The translations under genes were made by a program, and so were the position numbers. Of a DNA stretch of 64,000 nt, positions 18,646-28,390 are shown one piece after another. Each line of letters opens with the position of its first letter. Positions within the stretch are counted from its first letter, which is position 1. The notes beneath the pieces are model-generated. The model searched no databases. It was not told the origin of the DNA and was given only the letters and a program-made list of their open reading frames with translations. The stretch spans positions 128,001 through 192,000 of the forward strand of contig OY968796.1 in NCBI GenBank assembly GCA_963695545.1, written 5' to 3'. This stretch comes from Terriglobia bacterium. GTDB taxonomy: Bacteria > Acidobacteriota > Terriglobia > Acidiferrales > UBA7541.

Positions 18646-20646
18646 ATGCGCGGATTCCACTCCCACACTTACACAGCTCGCGGCAGGGACGCGCGGGATT
18701 CCGCCGCCGGCGGGAAAAAATCGAAAAAATCGTCTGGCAGCTTTCTGACGCTGCTTCCGGAAGTCTGGGTTTTTGTGCGGCCGCAGCGGTGGCTGTTGCT
18801 GCTTGGCTTCGGACTGATGGCCATCAATCGTCTGGCGGGATTTGTGCTGCCGGCATCGATGCAGCCCATCGCGGATAAGGTGATCCGGAACGGGCAACGA
18901 CAGTTGCTGGTTCCGATCGTGATTGCCATCCTGGCTGCGACCACGATTCAAGGGCTGACGTCGTTCGCGCTGACGCAATTGCTCTCGAAAGCGGCGCAGC
19001 GCATGATCGCCGATTTGCGCAAACAGGTGCAGGCGCATATCGGCCGGCTGACGGTCGCGTTTCATGATTCCAACAAGTCGGGCTCGCTGCTGACGCGGAT
19101 CATGACCGACGTCGATGGCTTGCGAAATCTGATGGGCACGGGGCTTGTGGATTTCGCCGGCAGCCTGATGACCGCGGTGATTGCGCTGGTGTTGCTGCTG
19201 CGCGTCAGCGTGATGCTGACCTCGGTGGTTCTGGTGATTCTGCTGGCGACGGGGCTGAGCCTGAACGTGGCGATCGGGTGGATCCGGCCGATATATCGAG
19301 CGCGGTCGAAAATATTCGCGGAGGTGACCGGGCGTCTGGCGGAATCGCTCGGAGGCATTCGCGTGGTGAAAGGCTATCGCGCGGAGGCGCGCGAGGAAGA
19401 AGTGTTCGCGGGCGGCGTGAAGCGGCTGCTGGAGAACGTGCTGCAGACGCTGACGGCGACTTCGTTGATGAGCCTGGCTTCCACGATGCTGCTCGGTACC
19501 GTGAGCGCGCTGATCATTTATCTGGGCGTGCAGCGAATACCCAGCGGAAATTCGTTGCCGGTCATCGGCCAAATGTCGTTCGGCATGTTCCTGAAGTTCG
19601 TGGGCTACATGGCCATGCTGGTCTCGCCGATTTTTCAGATTGTGAGCATCGGGCCGCAATTCAGCGACGGCATGGCGGGACTTGAGCGCACGACGGAAAT
19701 CCTGAAGGAAAATTTGGAAGACGCCGAACCGCGGCGCACCGTGGACATCGGCACGATTCGCGGCGACGTGGCGTTTGAAAACGTGAGCTTCGCGTACGAA
19801 AAAGAGCGCATGGTGCTGCACGACGTGAGTTTTGAATCGAAGCCGGGGACGGCGACGGCGCTGGTGGGTCCATCGGGCGGAGGCAAATCGACGATGATTG
19901 GGCTGGTGGCCGCCTTCTATACGCCGAATTCCGGGCGTGTGCTGGTGGACGGCGTGGACCTTGCGACGGTGCGCTTGGAAACTTTCCGCACGCAGCTGGG
20001 AATCGTGCTGCAGGATACATTTTTGTTCGACGGCACGATCCGCGAAAACGTGGCCTTCTCGCGGCCCGATGCGTCCGAGGAAGACATTCTGGCGGCGAGC
20101 CGCATCGCGCGGGTGGACGAATTCGCCGAATCGTTCGAGGAAAAATACGACACGGTGATCGGCGAGCGCGGCGTGCGATTGTCGGGCGGGCAGAAGCAGC
20201 GCATCTCGATCGCGCGCGCGATTTTGGCGGACCCGCGCATCTTGATTCTGGATGAAGCGACTTCGAGCCTCGATTCCGAATCGGAAGCGCTGATTCAGGA
20301 AGGATTGTCTTACTTGATGCGCGGGCGCACCACGTTCGTGATCGCGCATCGGCTTTCGACAATTCGCCGCTCGGATCAAATTCTGGTTGTGGAGGGCGGG
20401 CGCATCGTCGAGCGCGGGACGCATGCGTCGCTGTATGCGCGCGGCGGGCGATACTACGAGCTTTACACGAAGCAGCACGGCATCGAAACGAACCTGTTCC
20501 TCGCGCCGGGCGAAGGCGATCCGACCTCGGGCGACGGCGATGGCGCGGAGACCGCAACGACGGATCGCGGCGACGGCAACGGCTCCGCGGAAAACGACAG
20601 TGGAATTGCGCGCGCGGCGAGGCTTCTGCGCGGCCGCGAATCGTAG
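18646..20646 (+). CDS. ABC exporter, fused permease/ATPase (MsbA/Sav1866-like)
   Basis: TM domain; Walker A GPSGGGKST, LSGGQKQR, LILDEATS, IAHRLST. Confidence 0.95.
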   Translation: MRGFHSHTYTARGRDARDSAAGGKKSKKSSGSFLTLLPEVWVFVRPQRWLLLLGFGLMAINRLAGFVLPASMQPIADKVIRNGQRQLLVPIVIAILAATTIQGLTSFALTQLLSKAAQRMIADLRKQVQAHIGRLTVAFHDSNKSGSLLTRIMTDVDGLRNLMGTGLVDFAGSLMTAVIALVLLLRVSVMLTSVVLVILLATGLSLNVAIGWIRPIYRARSKIFAEVTGRLAESLGGIRVVKGYRAEAREEEVFAGGVKRLLENVLQTLTATSLMSLASTMLLGTVSALIIYLGVQRIPSGNSLPVIGQMSFGMFLKFVGYMAMLVSPIFQIVSIGPQFSDGMAGLERTTEILKENLEDAEPRRTVDIGTIRGDVAFENVSFAYEKERMVLHDVSFESKPGTATALVGPSGGGKSTMIGLVAAFYTPNSGRVLVDGVDLATVRLETFRTQLGIVLQDTFLFDGTIRENVAFSRPDASEEDILAASRIARVDEFAESFEEKYDTVIGERGVRLSGGQKQRISIARAILADPRILILDEATSSLDSESEALIQEGLSYLMRGRTTFVIAHRLSTIRRSDQILVVEGGRIVERGTHASLYARGGRYYELYTKQHGIETNLFLAPGEGDPTSGDGDGAETATTDRGDGNGSAENDSGIARAARLLRGRES

Positions 20647-20852
20647 TGCCTGCCAAAACAGACGCTCAAGAAGAACGAAACCACGCGGGTTTGTGCGCCG
20701 ATTGCAAGCACGCGCAGAAAGTGGTTTCGTCGCGCGGCTCGAATTTTTATCTCTGCGGGCGTTCATTCAGCGATCCTACCTTCGCGAAATATCCAGCGAT
20801 CCCTGTGCGCTCCTGCGCGGGCTACGAACCCGATCGCAAACTCCCGTCTTGA
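20646..20852 (+). CDS. small four-Cys protein
   Basis: GLCADC..FYLC..KYPAIPVRSC; GTG overlaps the upstream stop (TAGTG). Confidence 0.7.
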   Translation: MPAKTDAQEERNHAGLCADCKHAQKVVSSRGSNFYLCGRSFSDPTFAKYPAIPVRSCAGYEPDRKLPS

Positions 20853-20868
20853 TGGCGGCCGCCGCAGT

Positions 20869-21834
20869 TCATATGACCTCTTCCACTCGCGGGGACGGGG
20901 CGGCCAGGCGATCGACTTCGGCGAGTTCTTCGGCAGAGAGATGCCAATCGGCGGCGCGGACATTTTGCTCGACTTGCTCGGGCTTGGTGGCGCCGGCGAT
21001 GACGCTTGAGACGGGCTGCTGCGCGGCGAGCCACGCGATGGCCAAATCGAGAAGATTGTGGCCGCGCGGCGCGCAGAATTTTTCGAGACGCTCGACGACT
21101 TCCCAATTCGCGTCGGTGATGTAGCGATCGGCGAGGTGCTTGGCGGTGTTCAGGCGCGCGCCCGCGGGCATGGGCTGGCCGCGCTTGTACTTGCCGGAGA
21201 GGAAGCCGCCGGCCAGCGGGAAATATGGGAGCAGGCCGAGGCCGTACGCGCGCATGGCGGGAATCAATTCGCGCTCGGGCTCGCGGACGATCAGACTGTA
21301 TTCATCCTGGCAGGAAATGAAGGCGTGCGTGCCGATGGTGCGCGCGGTCCACTGGGCTTCGACGACTTGCCATGCCTGCAAATTGGAGCAACCGATGTAG
21401 CGGACCTTGCCCTGCTGGATCAGGTCTTCGAGAGCGCGCAGAGTTTCTTCGATCGGAGTTTTTGGGTCCGGGCGATGGAGCTGATAGAGATCGATCCAAT
21501 CGGTGCCGAGGCGGCGCAGGCTGGCTTCGGCGGCGGACATGACGTAGGCGCGCGCGGCGCCGCGCATGGTTTTGGCGTCGTCCATGGCCATGCCGAACTT
21601 GGTGGCGAGAACGATGTCTTTTCGGCGCGCTCCGAGGCTTTGGCCGAGCATGATTTCGGAGCCGCCCTTGTTGCCGTAAATGTCGGCGGTATCGAAAAGC
21701 GTGATGCCGAGATCGAGCGCTTTCGCGACCACGCGGCGCGTGGTCTCGAGATCGGTGCGGCTGCCGAAATTATTGCAGCCCAGACCGACGAGCGAAACTT
21801 CTAGCGGCGAGTTGCCGAGAGTGCGGTGCTTCAT
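20869..21834 (-). CDS. aldo/keto reductase
   Basis: FDTADIYG, LATKFG, SLRRLGTDWIDLYQLH, GKVRYIGCSN. Confidence 0.95.
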   Translation of the reverse strand: MKHRTLGNSPLEVSLVGLGCNNFGSRTDLETTRRVVAKALDLGITLFDTADIYGNKGGSEIMLGQSLGARRKDIVLATKFGMAMDDAKTMRGAARAYVMSAAEASLRRLGTDWIDLYQLHRPDPKTPIEETLRALEDLIQQGKVRYIGCSNLQAWQVVEAQWTARTIGTHAFISCQDEYSLIVREPERELIPAMRAYGLGLLPYFPLAGGFLSGKYKRGQPMPAGARLNTAKHLADRYITDANWEVVERLEKFCAPRGHNLLDLAIAWLAAQQPVSSVIAGATKPEQVEQNVRAADWHLSAEELAEVDRLAAPSPRVEEVI

Positions 21835-21932
21835 GGCGAGTTCTCCCGAGGGCTGACGGAGTATCGCGCTTTTGATGCGCGGCGGGCTCGCGGCGGCGCT
21901 GCAGTCGGGTCGAAAGAGGACGAGAAAACTTG

Positions 21933-22292
21933 GGGCCTATATACACCCCCGGTATGTTTTTGCGAAAGTATTGAAAATACATGGGTTGCGGCAAAAGAGT
22001 GCGGATGAGTGTGAAAATACAGGGACTTGAAATCGAGTCGATTCAATGTGTTGCGCACTCTTTTGCAATGAATTGAAAACAAATGGGTTGCAGAGGCGAT
22101 TTGTTGCATAGAAATGCAAAGTGCGACGGGGCTGGAGCGGAGTGGAAGGCGGGCGCTGGACGGAAGCGACGATTCGAAAAGTTTTCGCGAGTACATGCCT
22201 ACGTATACCACGATAATTCCCACACGTCAACAATAATTTATAAGTATACTATTCGAATAGATTCCGCGGCGCCGTTTTGCGCCATTCGAAAA
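21933..22292 (-). repeat. dispersed intergenic element copy 2
   Basis: CTATTCGAATAG 22249-22260; minus-strand TTGACG (22230-22225), 17 bp, TATACG; sites with TGAAAA cores at 21972, 22012, 22074; minus-strand AAAAACATACCGGGGGTGTA end. Confidence 0.7.
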
Positions 22293-22298
22293 GATTGT

Positions 22299-22548
22299 GT
22301 CGCCCCTACGGGGCTTGCACGGGCTGGGCTTGTGTACCCAGGGCTTCCGCCCTGGGCTAAAATGTATCGCCCCTACGGGGCTGAATCACAGTGCCGACCG
22401 CGATCGCACGGCGTGGCGCGCGGTTTTAGCAGCACGGCCACTCTTGGCGGTGCGGGGTCTGGATTTTTAATTCCGAAAAACCAAAGGCACACGGGCAAGA
22501 GTGCCTGTGCTACCGAAACCAAGATGGAGGCCTGAAGGCCTGCGCTAC
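22299..22548. repeat. cluster of REP-like palindromes (BIME-like)
   Basis: cgcccctacggggct x2 (22301, 22368) flanking cccagggcttccgccctggg; minus-strand GTAG-headed hairpins at 22486-22513 and 22528-22548. Confidence 0.7.
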
Positions 22549-22560
22549 GCAAGCCGAAGA

Positions 22561-23886
22561 TTAGCGTTGGAGGAAATCGTCGGAGTGGGTTAGGAATTCG
22601 GGGTAGGCGCCGGCGCCCAATTCGTAGAGGTCGAGGCCCTGGCGTTCGCCTTCGCGGGCGACGCGCTGGGGATAGAAGCGGTTGAGGAGCCAATTGAGGG
22701 AATAGGTGAGCGGGAGAACGAAACCGATGAGCGTGGCGATGCCGACGAGTTGAGCGAGCCATTGTCCGGGGGCCGCAGCGGCGCCGGGGTGAGCGGCGTC
22801 GGGAAAGCGGGCGAAGAGAGCGAGCGCCAGCAAACCCCAGAGGCCGGCCGCGGCATGCACGGAAATGGCGCCGCCGGGATCGTCAACGGCGAGACGCAAA
22901 TCGAGCCACTCGACAGACAAGGGCACGATGATTCCCGCGACAAGACCTACGATCATGGCCGCTGCGGGCGGCAAGAATGGCGCCGCGGCGCTGCTGGCCA
23001 CGAGGCCGCCGACCCAGCCGTTGGCGCAGAGCGAAGCGTCGGGCTTGCCGAAGCGAACGCGCGTGACGACGAGCGTGGCAAGCATGGCGGACGCCGCGCA
23101 CAGCGTGGTGTTGAAGGCGACGAGCACCGCGCTCGACGCCGGAACGCCGGCATACAAAATCGCGCCGGCGGAATTCAAGCCGCACCATCCGACGAGAGCG
23201 AGCACGCAACCAAAGACAATATAGACGACGTTGTGGCCGGGGATCGCGGCAGGCATTCCGTCGACTGCATATTTGCCGCGGCGCGGTCCAAGGATCCACG
23301 CAATGCTCAGCGCGGTGAGGCCGCCGACAACCTGAATTGTGGCCGTGCCCCCGGCGTCCTGAAAGCCGCGGCCCAAGCCGAAGAAAGAACCGAGTTGCGC
23401 GAGCCATCCGCCGGCCCAGACCCAGTGTGCAAATAGAGGATAGGTGATGCCGGCGAGCAAAGCGGTGGAAGCGCAGCAGGAGCCGAGGCGCCAGCGGTCG
23501 CCACCGCTGCCGAGAGGAATCAGGGCGGCGAGGCCGACGCTGAGCATTCCGAGCCAGGCTTCAAGAGAAGCGGGCGAACCATCGAGTTTTACTCCGCGCA
23601 GGAACCAGGGTTGCGCGGCGAGCAGGTTCCATCGATTGCCGGCCAGAAGGATGCCGTGCGCCGGTCCGCCGGCGAATCCTTGCCAGGAAAACCCGCAAAT
23701 AAAGTAGACGATGGCCGCTACGCTCACGACCACGAGCGACGCCAGAATCGCGTGCGCTGCGCTGCGCGAACGGCCGAGGCCGGTATTGATCAGAGCCAAG
23801 CCGGCGGCGGCGAAGGGAACCAAGAGAATGAAAACGATGCACAGCGCGGCGGAGGTTTCTGAAAACGCGGCGGCATTCGGCGTCAT
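22561..23886 (-). CDS. ammonium transporter (Amt) family protein, degenerate pore residues
   Basis: multiple TMs; YPLFAHWVWAGGWL, LGPRRGKY, PGHN, VDDPGGAISVH, C-terminal ERQGLDLYELGAGAY. Confidence 0.88.
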   Translation of the reverse strand: MTPNAAAFSETSAALCIVFILLVPFAAAGLALINTGLGRSRSAAHAILASLVVVSVAAIVYFICGFSWQGFAGGPAHGILLAGNRWNLLAAQPWFLRGVKLDGSPASLEAWLGMLSVGLAALIPLGSGGDRWRLGSCCASTALLAGITYPLFAHWVWAGGWLAQLGSFFGLGRGFQDAGGTATIQVVGGLTALSIAWILGPRRGKYAVDGMPAAIPGHNVVYIVFGCVLALVGWCGLNSAGAILYAGVPASSAVLVAFNTTLCAASAMLATLVVTRVRFGKPDASLCANGWVGGLVASSAAAPFLPPAAAMIVGLVAGIIVPLSVEWLDLRLAVDDPGGAISVHAAAGLWGLLALALFARFPDAAHPGAAAAPGQWLAQLVGIATLIGFVLPLTYSLNWLLNRFYPQRVAREGERQGLDLYELGAGAYPEFLTHSDDFLQR

Positions 23887-24062
23887 TCGTGCTCCCGCGG
23901 CGCGCCGAGATGCGCGCGGAAGAAAAGCACGAGGCCCAAAATCTCGACGCCAATTCCGGCGAAGACAAACGCGCTTCGCGGATTGGAGCGAGTGAGCAGC
24001 ACGAGGGCGCAAACCACGAGCAGCCACCCGGCTGGCAACAATAAAAGTCCGGCGAGCTTCAT
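23883..24062 (-). CDS. small two-TM protein coupled to the Amt-like gene
   Basis: MKLAGLLLLPAGW.., 59 aa, ATGA overlap with Amt start. Confidence 0.75.
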   Translation of the reverse strand: MKLAGLLLLPAGWLLVVCALVLLTRSNPRSAFVFAGIGVEILGLVLFFRAHLGAPREHE

Positions 24063-24627
24063 GGAATTTTCCCCGGTGGGCGCGAATCCATCCGGGCTAC
24101 GACCCGAACGCGCGCCCGCGAGGGTTCGCATAACATATCACAATCGTTCGGGCGGCTCCGCGCACCGAAGCGTCGCGAAAGAGTTCAGACGCGAGCGAAA
24201 GCGGAGAACGCGCCCGGCGCCGCCACGTGAGAAAGCGAGATCCGCGTAGTTCGGCGACATTCTGCGCGTTCAACGAATTGGGACAGCGACATTGGCGGAG
24301 GTGCGATGCCATTGGAATGCCATACGATGCAACAGATTGATCTAACCTGAACAGCTGCTTAGACCGTGGTGAAGCTCGGCGCACAGGCGGCGGCCCAAAC
24401 TCCGTCCGGGGAGGGGTGGCGATATCTGGAGACATTGCTGGCACAAGTGCTTGCGATTCAATTGGTTACGCTGCGCGGGGGGCGCGACCGGGCAGGCTGG
24501 GCCCCTAAACAAAACCTAAATTGATGCGATTGAAAATTCGCGTTGTACATAACGACACATAGACGCAACAATGCCGCCCTCGATGCAGTTCCGCACGTCC
24601 GCAATCCCTTAAGGAGGGAACAATTCG

Positions 24628-26421
24628 ATGGCCGATGAAGCCAAAGCAGAGATGGTACCAACTTTAGGCCTTACAGGGCTCACGGTGAACGGCATGGCAT
24701 TGATTGCGCCCGGCGCCTTTCTTTGGCTGACGTTTTACGGGCAGTCGACCGAGGGCGCCACGTCGCCGGCCATGTGGGCGGGGATTTTTCTCGCCTTATT
24801 GCTGTGTTTGGCGACAGCGGTGTCGTACGCCGAACTGGCAAAGCTGTATCCCGGCACCGGAAGTTCCTACTATTTCGCGGAGCAATCGTTCCTAAATCAT
24901 GAGAAGGCCTGGAAGTGGGCGCGCTTGATGAAATTTATCACCGGCTGGGGTTCGCATCTTTACTACTGGATCTACCCCGCGGTGATGGTGGCCACGACCG
25001 GAATCTTCTGCGGTTACGTGGTGGGCACGCTTTGGCCGAACTTCATGAGCGCCTCGAATCCGGGTCCGATGTTCATGATGCTCGTGGCGATCATCTTCTC
25101 GTTCGCGGTTTCGTACATCGCGCACAGAGGGGTGATCGGCTCGACAGGAGTGAGCGTGGCGATCAATGTGATTCAAATTTCGGCGTTGATCGTCTTCTCG
25201 GTGATGTGCATCAGCTACCGCGTGAAGCATGCGCCGGGCAGCGTGGCCTTCCAATTCGATCCGACCACGGGCGAGGCTTACACCTATCAATTCGCATCCA
25301 CAACGGCGGCGGATGGAACGGTGACGATCACGCGCGATGCGAACAATGTTCCGGTGCCGCTGATGGACGCGAGCGGCAAGCCGGTTCCTTACACCATCAG
25401 CTATCCGACCACAGACAGCAGCGGCAACTTCCTGACGCATCCGAGCGCCAAGTCGGTGATCGCGCCGCACGGAATCGCCAATGTGTTCGTGCAAGCCACA
25501 GTGGCGATCCTGATCCTGGTGGGATTCGAGTCCATCACATCGTTGGGCGGTGAGGCCAAAAACCCCAAGCGGGACATCCCCATCGCGGTGATCGCGTCAC
25601 TGCTCATACAGGGGGCCTTCTGTTATCTGTTTGAGTATTTTGCGACGCTGTATTTCTTAAATAGCGGCTACACCATGCAAAGTGCGGGAGGATCAGCGGC
25701 GCCCATCGGCGACATGATGGTGGTCGTCGGCGACGCGCTGTTCGGCCAAGGGCATGGCCGCACGTTCATGCTGGTGGAAGCGTTCACCGTGTTCCTGGCG
25801 CTGATCGGCACGACGCTCTCTTGCATCAACACCGGGGCGCGCGTGACGTACGCCATGGGCAAGGATCAGGAAGTTCCCGAACACTTCGGCATGCTGCACT
25901 CGAAGAACCTGAGCCCCCACCGCGCGATTTGGACGCTCGCGGTGATCTCGGCGGTCCTCGGGTGCGTCGGCTGCATCACGATTTTCGCCGACTCCAGCGC
26001 GCCCACGGACGCCGTGATCGCGGCGCTACCTCACGGCTTCTGGTCGAGTTTCGGGTACATGAGCCACGCCAGGCTGGCGAATCTGCCAAACTCGTGGACG
26101 ACGCTGACGCTGGCTTCCAACTTCGGCACGTTCCTGCTATACGGGCTGAGCTGCTTCATCTGCATGGTGGCCTATCACAACCACCCCAACTTCAAATTCA
26201 TCCGGCACTGGGCAATCCCGGCGTTCGGAATCCTGGCGAACGTGATTTGTATGGCGTTCTACCTGATCGGGCCGTTCCTGGGGTTCGGAACAAAAATGGA
26301 GCCGTTCACCGCGTTGGGAATTGCGGCGGTGTGGGCCATATACGGTGGCATCTACTTCGTGCGCTCAAGTAAGGCGAGCGGGCGAACGACGTTCGTCACC
26401 AATCGCGCCACCAACAGTTGA
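24628..26421 (+). CDS. APC family permease
   Basis: IAPGAF TM1, SYAELA..GSSY, LVGFES..EAKNPKRDIP; RBS AAGGAGG. Confidence 0.92.
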   Translation: MADEAKAEMVPTLGLTGLTVNGMALIAPGAFLWLTFYGQSTEGATSPAMWAGIFLALLLCLATAVSYAELAKLYPGTGSSYYFAEQSFLNHEKAWKWARLMKFITGWGSHLYYWIYPAVMVATTGIFCGYVVGTLWPNFMSASNPGPMFMMLVAIIFSFAVSYIAHRGVIGSTGVSVAINVIQISALIVFSVMCISYRVKHAPGSVAFQFDPTTGEAYTYQFASTTAADGTVTITRDANNVPVPLMDASGKPVPYTISYPTTDSSGNFLTHPSAKSVIAPHGIANVFVQATVAILILVGFESITSLGGEAKNPKRDIPIAVIASLLIQGAFCYLFEYFATLYFLNSGYTMQSAGGSAAPIGDMMVVVGDALFGQGHGRTFMLVEAFTVFLALIGTTLSCINTGARVTYAMGKDQEVPEHFGMLHSKNLSPHRAIWTLAVISAVLGCVGCITIFADSSAPTDAVIAALPHGFWSSFGYMSHARLANLPNSWTTLTLASNFGTFLLYGLSCFICMVAYHNHPNFKFIRHWAIPAFGILANVICMAFYLIGPFLGFGTKMEPFTALGIAAVWAIYGGIYFVRSSKASGRTTFVTNRATNS

Positions 26422-26447
26422 TCGCGGGGCGCAAACGAAAGCTGAGC

Positions 26448-26482
26448 ACCGGGCGGGCGCAAGCCCGCCCGGTCTTCTTTTT
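26448..26482 (+). terminator. rho-independent terminator
   Basis: accgggcgggc-gcaa-gcccgcccggt followed by cttcttttt. Confidence 0.85.
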
Positions 26483-26498
26483 GGAGCGGGTATAATAA

Positions 26499-27383
26499 AT
26501 GTTTGAAATCTATCGAGGGCAGGCGGCCGCGAGCGCCAGCGAGAATGTGGTGCCGCTCACCGCGCCCGTGGTCTCTACTATGCTGGATATTGAATTCACG
26601 CAGCTTTCCGATGTTGGGCGGGTTCGACCGCACAACGAAGATTATCTGGGGCATGTGCCGGCGGACACACCGGAACGAGCGCGCTCGCACGGCTGGCTAT
26701 TTGTGCTTGCCGACGGCGTGGGTGGGCACGCGCAGGGCGAGGTCGCGTCGCACGCGGCGGTGGAAAGCGTGCTCGAGAACTTCCGCACGGCCGGCGCTGG
26801 AGAACCGCCGGTCGGCCTGATAGGGCGCCTGGTGCAGCAAGCCAACGCGCGCGTGTTCAACGTAGCGCTTGAGGCCGGACGCGCCGGCGCGGGGATGTCT
26901 ACCACGATCGTGGCCGTACTGTTGCGGCACGACCGGGTTGCCGTGGCGCACGTAGGCGATTCGCGCTGCTATCTGATTCGGCGCGGCGGGATTGAGTCCC
27001 TCACGCGCGATCACACCATGGCCAATGAACAGGTGCGGCTGGGCGTGATTTCAAGGCAAGAAGCCGACGAGGGCGAGACGCGGCATTTTCTCAGCAGGTC
27101 GCTCGGCGGCGGGCTGTTCGTGAGCGTGGAAACGAACGATCACCAAATCTTCCCGGGCGACGTGCTGCTGCTGTGCTCCGACGGCTTGCACGGCGCGGTC
27201 CCGCCCGGCGAAATTCAGGAAATACTGGCCTCGGCCTCGTTCGACCTGAAGGACGCCGCCCGGCGGTTGGTCGAGATTGCCAACGAGCGCGATGGCAGCG
27301 ATAATGTGAGCGTTCAATTGATTCGCGTTCGAGGCGTCGAACGCGTTGGCATGTACCGCGGGCGGCCCTACAAACTGCGTTGA
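26499..27383 (+). CDS. PP2C/PPM Ser/Thr protein phosphatase (alternative start 26580)
   Basis: GRVRPHNED, LADGVGG, AHVGDSR, LCSDGL, GSDNVS. Confidence 0.93.
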   Translation: MFEIYRGQAAASASENVVPLTAPVVSTMLDIEFTQLSDVGRVRPHNEDYLGHVPADTPERARSHGWLFVLADGVGGHAQGEVASHAAVESVLENFRTAGAGEPPVGLIGRLVQQANARVFNVALEAGRAGAGMSTTIVAVLLRHDRVAVAHVGDSRCYLIRRGGIESLTRDHTMANEQVRLGVISRQEADEGETRHFLSRSLGGGLFVSVETNDHQIFPGDVLLLCSDGLHGAVPPGEIQEILASASFDLKDAARRLVEIANERDGSDNVSVQLIRVRGVERVGMYRGRPYKLR

Positions 27384-27421
27384 TTCTTCGCCCCGCCGCC
27401 TGCCGCTGATCTGCGCTCCCG

Positions 27422-28390
27422 ATGCCTTCTCTACATCCCGGCGACACGCTAGACCACTATCGCATCGAGAAGCTCGTTGCTCGCAGCGGGATGGCCTCGA
27501 TTTTTCGCGGCACGGATCTGCGGAACAATCGCGACGTGGCTATTAAGGTTCCCCACCCCGAAATGGAAGGCGACCCGACGTTCTTCGAGCGGTTCAAGCG
27601 CGAGGAGCAAATCGGCAAGGACCTGGACCACCCCGGCGTGATGAAAGTCTTCGCCGACGAGGATCGCAACCAGATTTACATGGTGATGGAGTGGGTCGAT
27701 GGCAAACTGCTGCGGCAGATTCTGATCGAGCAGAAGAAATTGCCGCCGGAACGCGCGGTGCACATCGCGCGGGGCGTTCTGGACGCACTCGCTTACATCC
27801 ACAGCCACGGCGTGGTCCATCGCGATTTGAAACCCGAAAACATCATGGTGGATCCAGAGGATCGCGTGAAGCTGATCGATTTCGGAATCGCGGGCGCGGC
27901 GGGCGCGCGCCGGCTGACGTTCGCCAAGCTCACGGCGGCCATGGGCACGCCCGATTACATTTCGCCGGAGCAAGTGAAGGGCAAACGCGGCGACGCGCGG
28001 AGCGACCTCTACTCGCTGGGAATCATCCTCTACGAGATGCTAACCGGCGAAGTGCCGTTCCACGGGCCCAACGCCTTCGTGATCATGAACGACCGCTTGC
28101 TGAACAGTTTCACGCCGCCGCGCGAGCTCAACCCGGCGATTTCGCCGCAGTTGCAGGAAGTGATTTACCGGGCGCTCGAACGCGACCCGAAGAATCGCTA
28201 CGCCAGCGCGCATGAATTCGCCACAGATCTCGAGCACCTGGATAAAGTCGGCGTTTCCGACCGGCCGGAAATGCACGACTGGCGGAAAAAGCGCTCGCCC
28301 TGGGGGCGACGGATCGCGTTCTACGTGATGCTCGCGCTGATCCCAGTCGCGATTTTTTGGCTGCTGCTCTACGTAGCGAAACATTCATGA
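27422..28390 (+). CDS. Hanks-type Ser/Thr kinase with a single C-terminal TM anchor
   Basis: VAIK, HRDLKPEN, DFG, GTPDYISPEQ; TM near the C-terminus with almost no extracellular part. Confidence 0.95.
   Translation: MPSLHPGDTLDHYRIEKLVARSGMASIFRGTDLRNNRDVAIKVPHPEMEGDPTFFERFKREEQIGKDLDHPGVMKVFADEDRNQIYMVMEWVDGKLLRQILIEQKKLPPERAVHIARGVLDALAYIHSHGVVHRDLKPENIMVDPEDRVKLIDFGIAGAAGARRLTFAKLTAAMGTPDYISPEQVKGKRGDARSDLYSLGIILYEMLTGEVPFHGPNAFVIMNDRLLNSFTPPRELNPAISPQLQEVIYRALERDPKNRYASAHEFATDLEHLDKVGVSDRPEMHDWRKKRSPWGRRIAFYVMLALIPVAIFWLLLYVAKHS

Noticed and set aside
18415..20766. 783-aa minus-strand ORF (and similar long antisense ORFs at 13999, 35547, 42674)
   Set aside because: Shadow frames of well-supported genes; Arg/Ala-rich with no motifs.
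24071..24125. hairpin resembling part of a c-di-AMP riboswitch (GAATC..GGG..CCCGAAC)
   Set aside because: It lacks the GTCAGCTAAC segment and the 5' half, and lies ~500 bp from the co-oriented gene.
24439..24454. sigma54-like promoter TGGCAC-AAGTGC-TTGC upstream of the APC permease
   Set aside because: The spacer is 6 nt instead of the strict 5 nt; suggestive but non-canonical.
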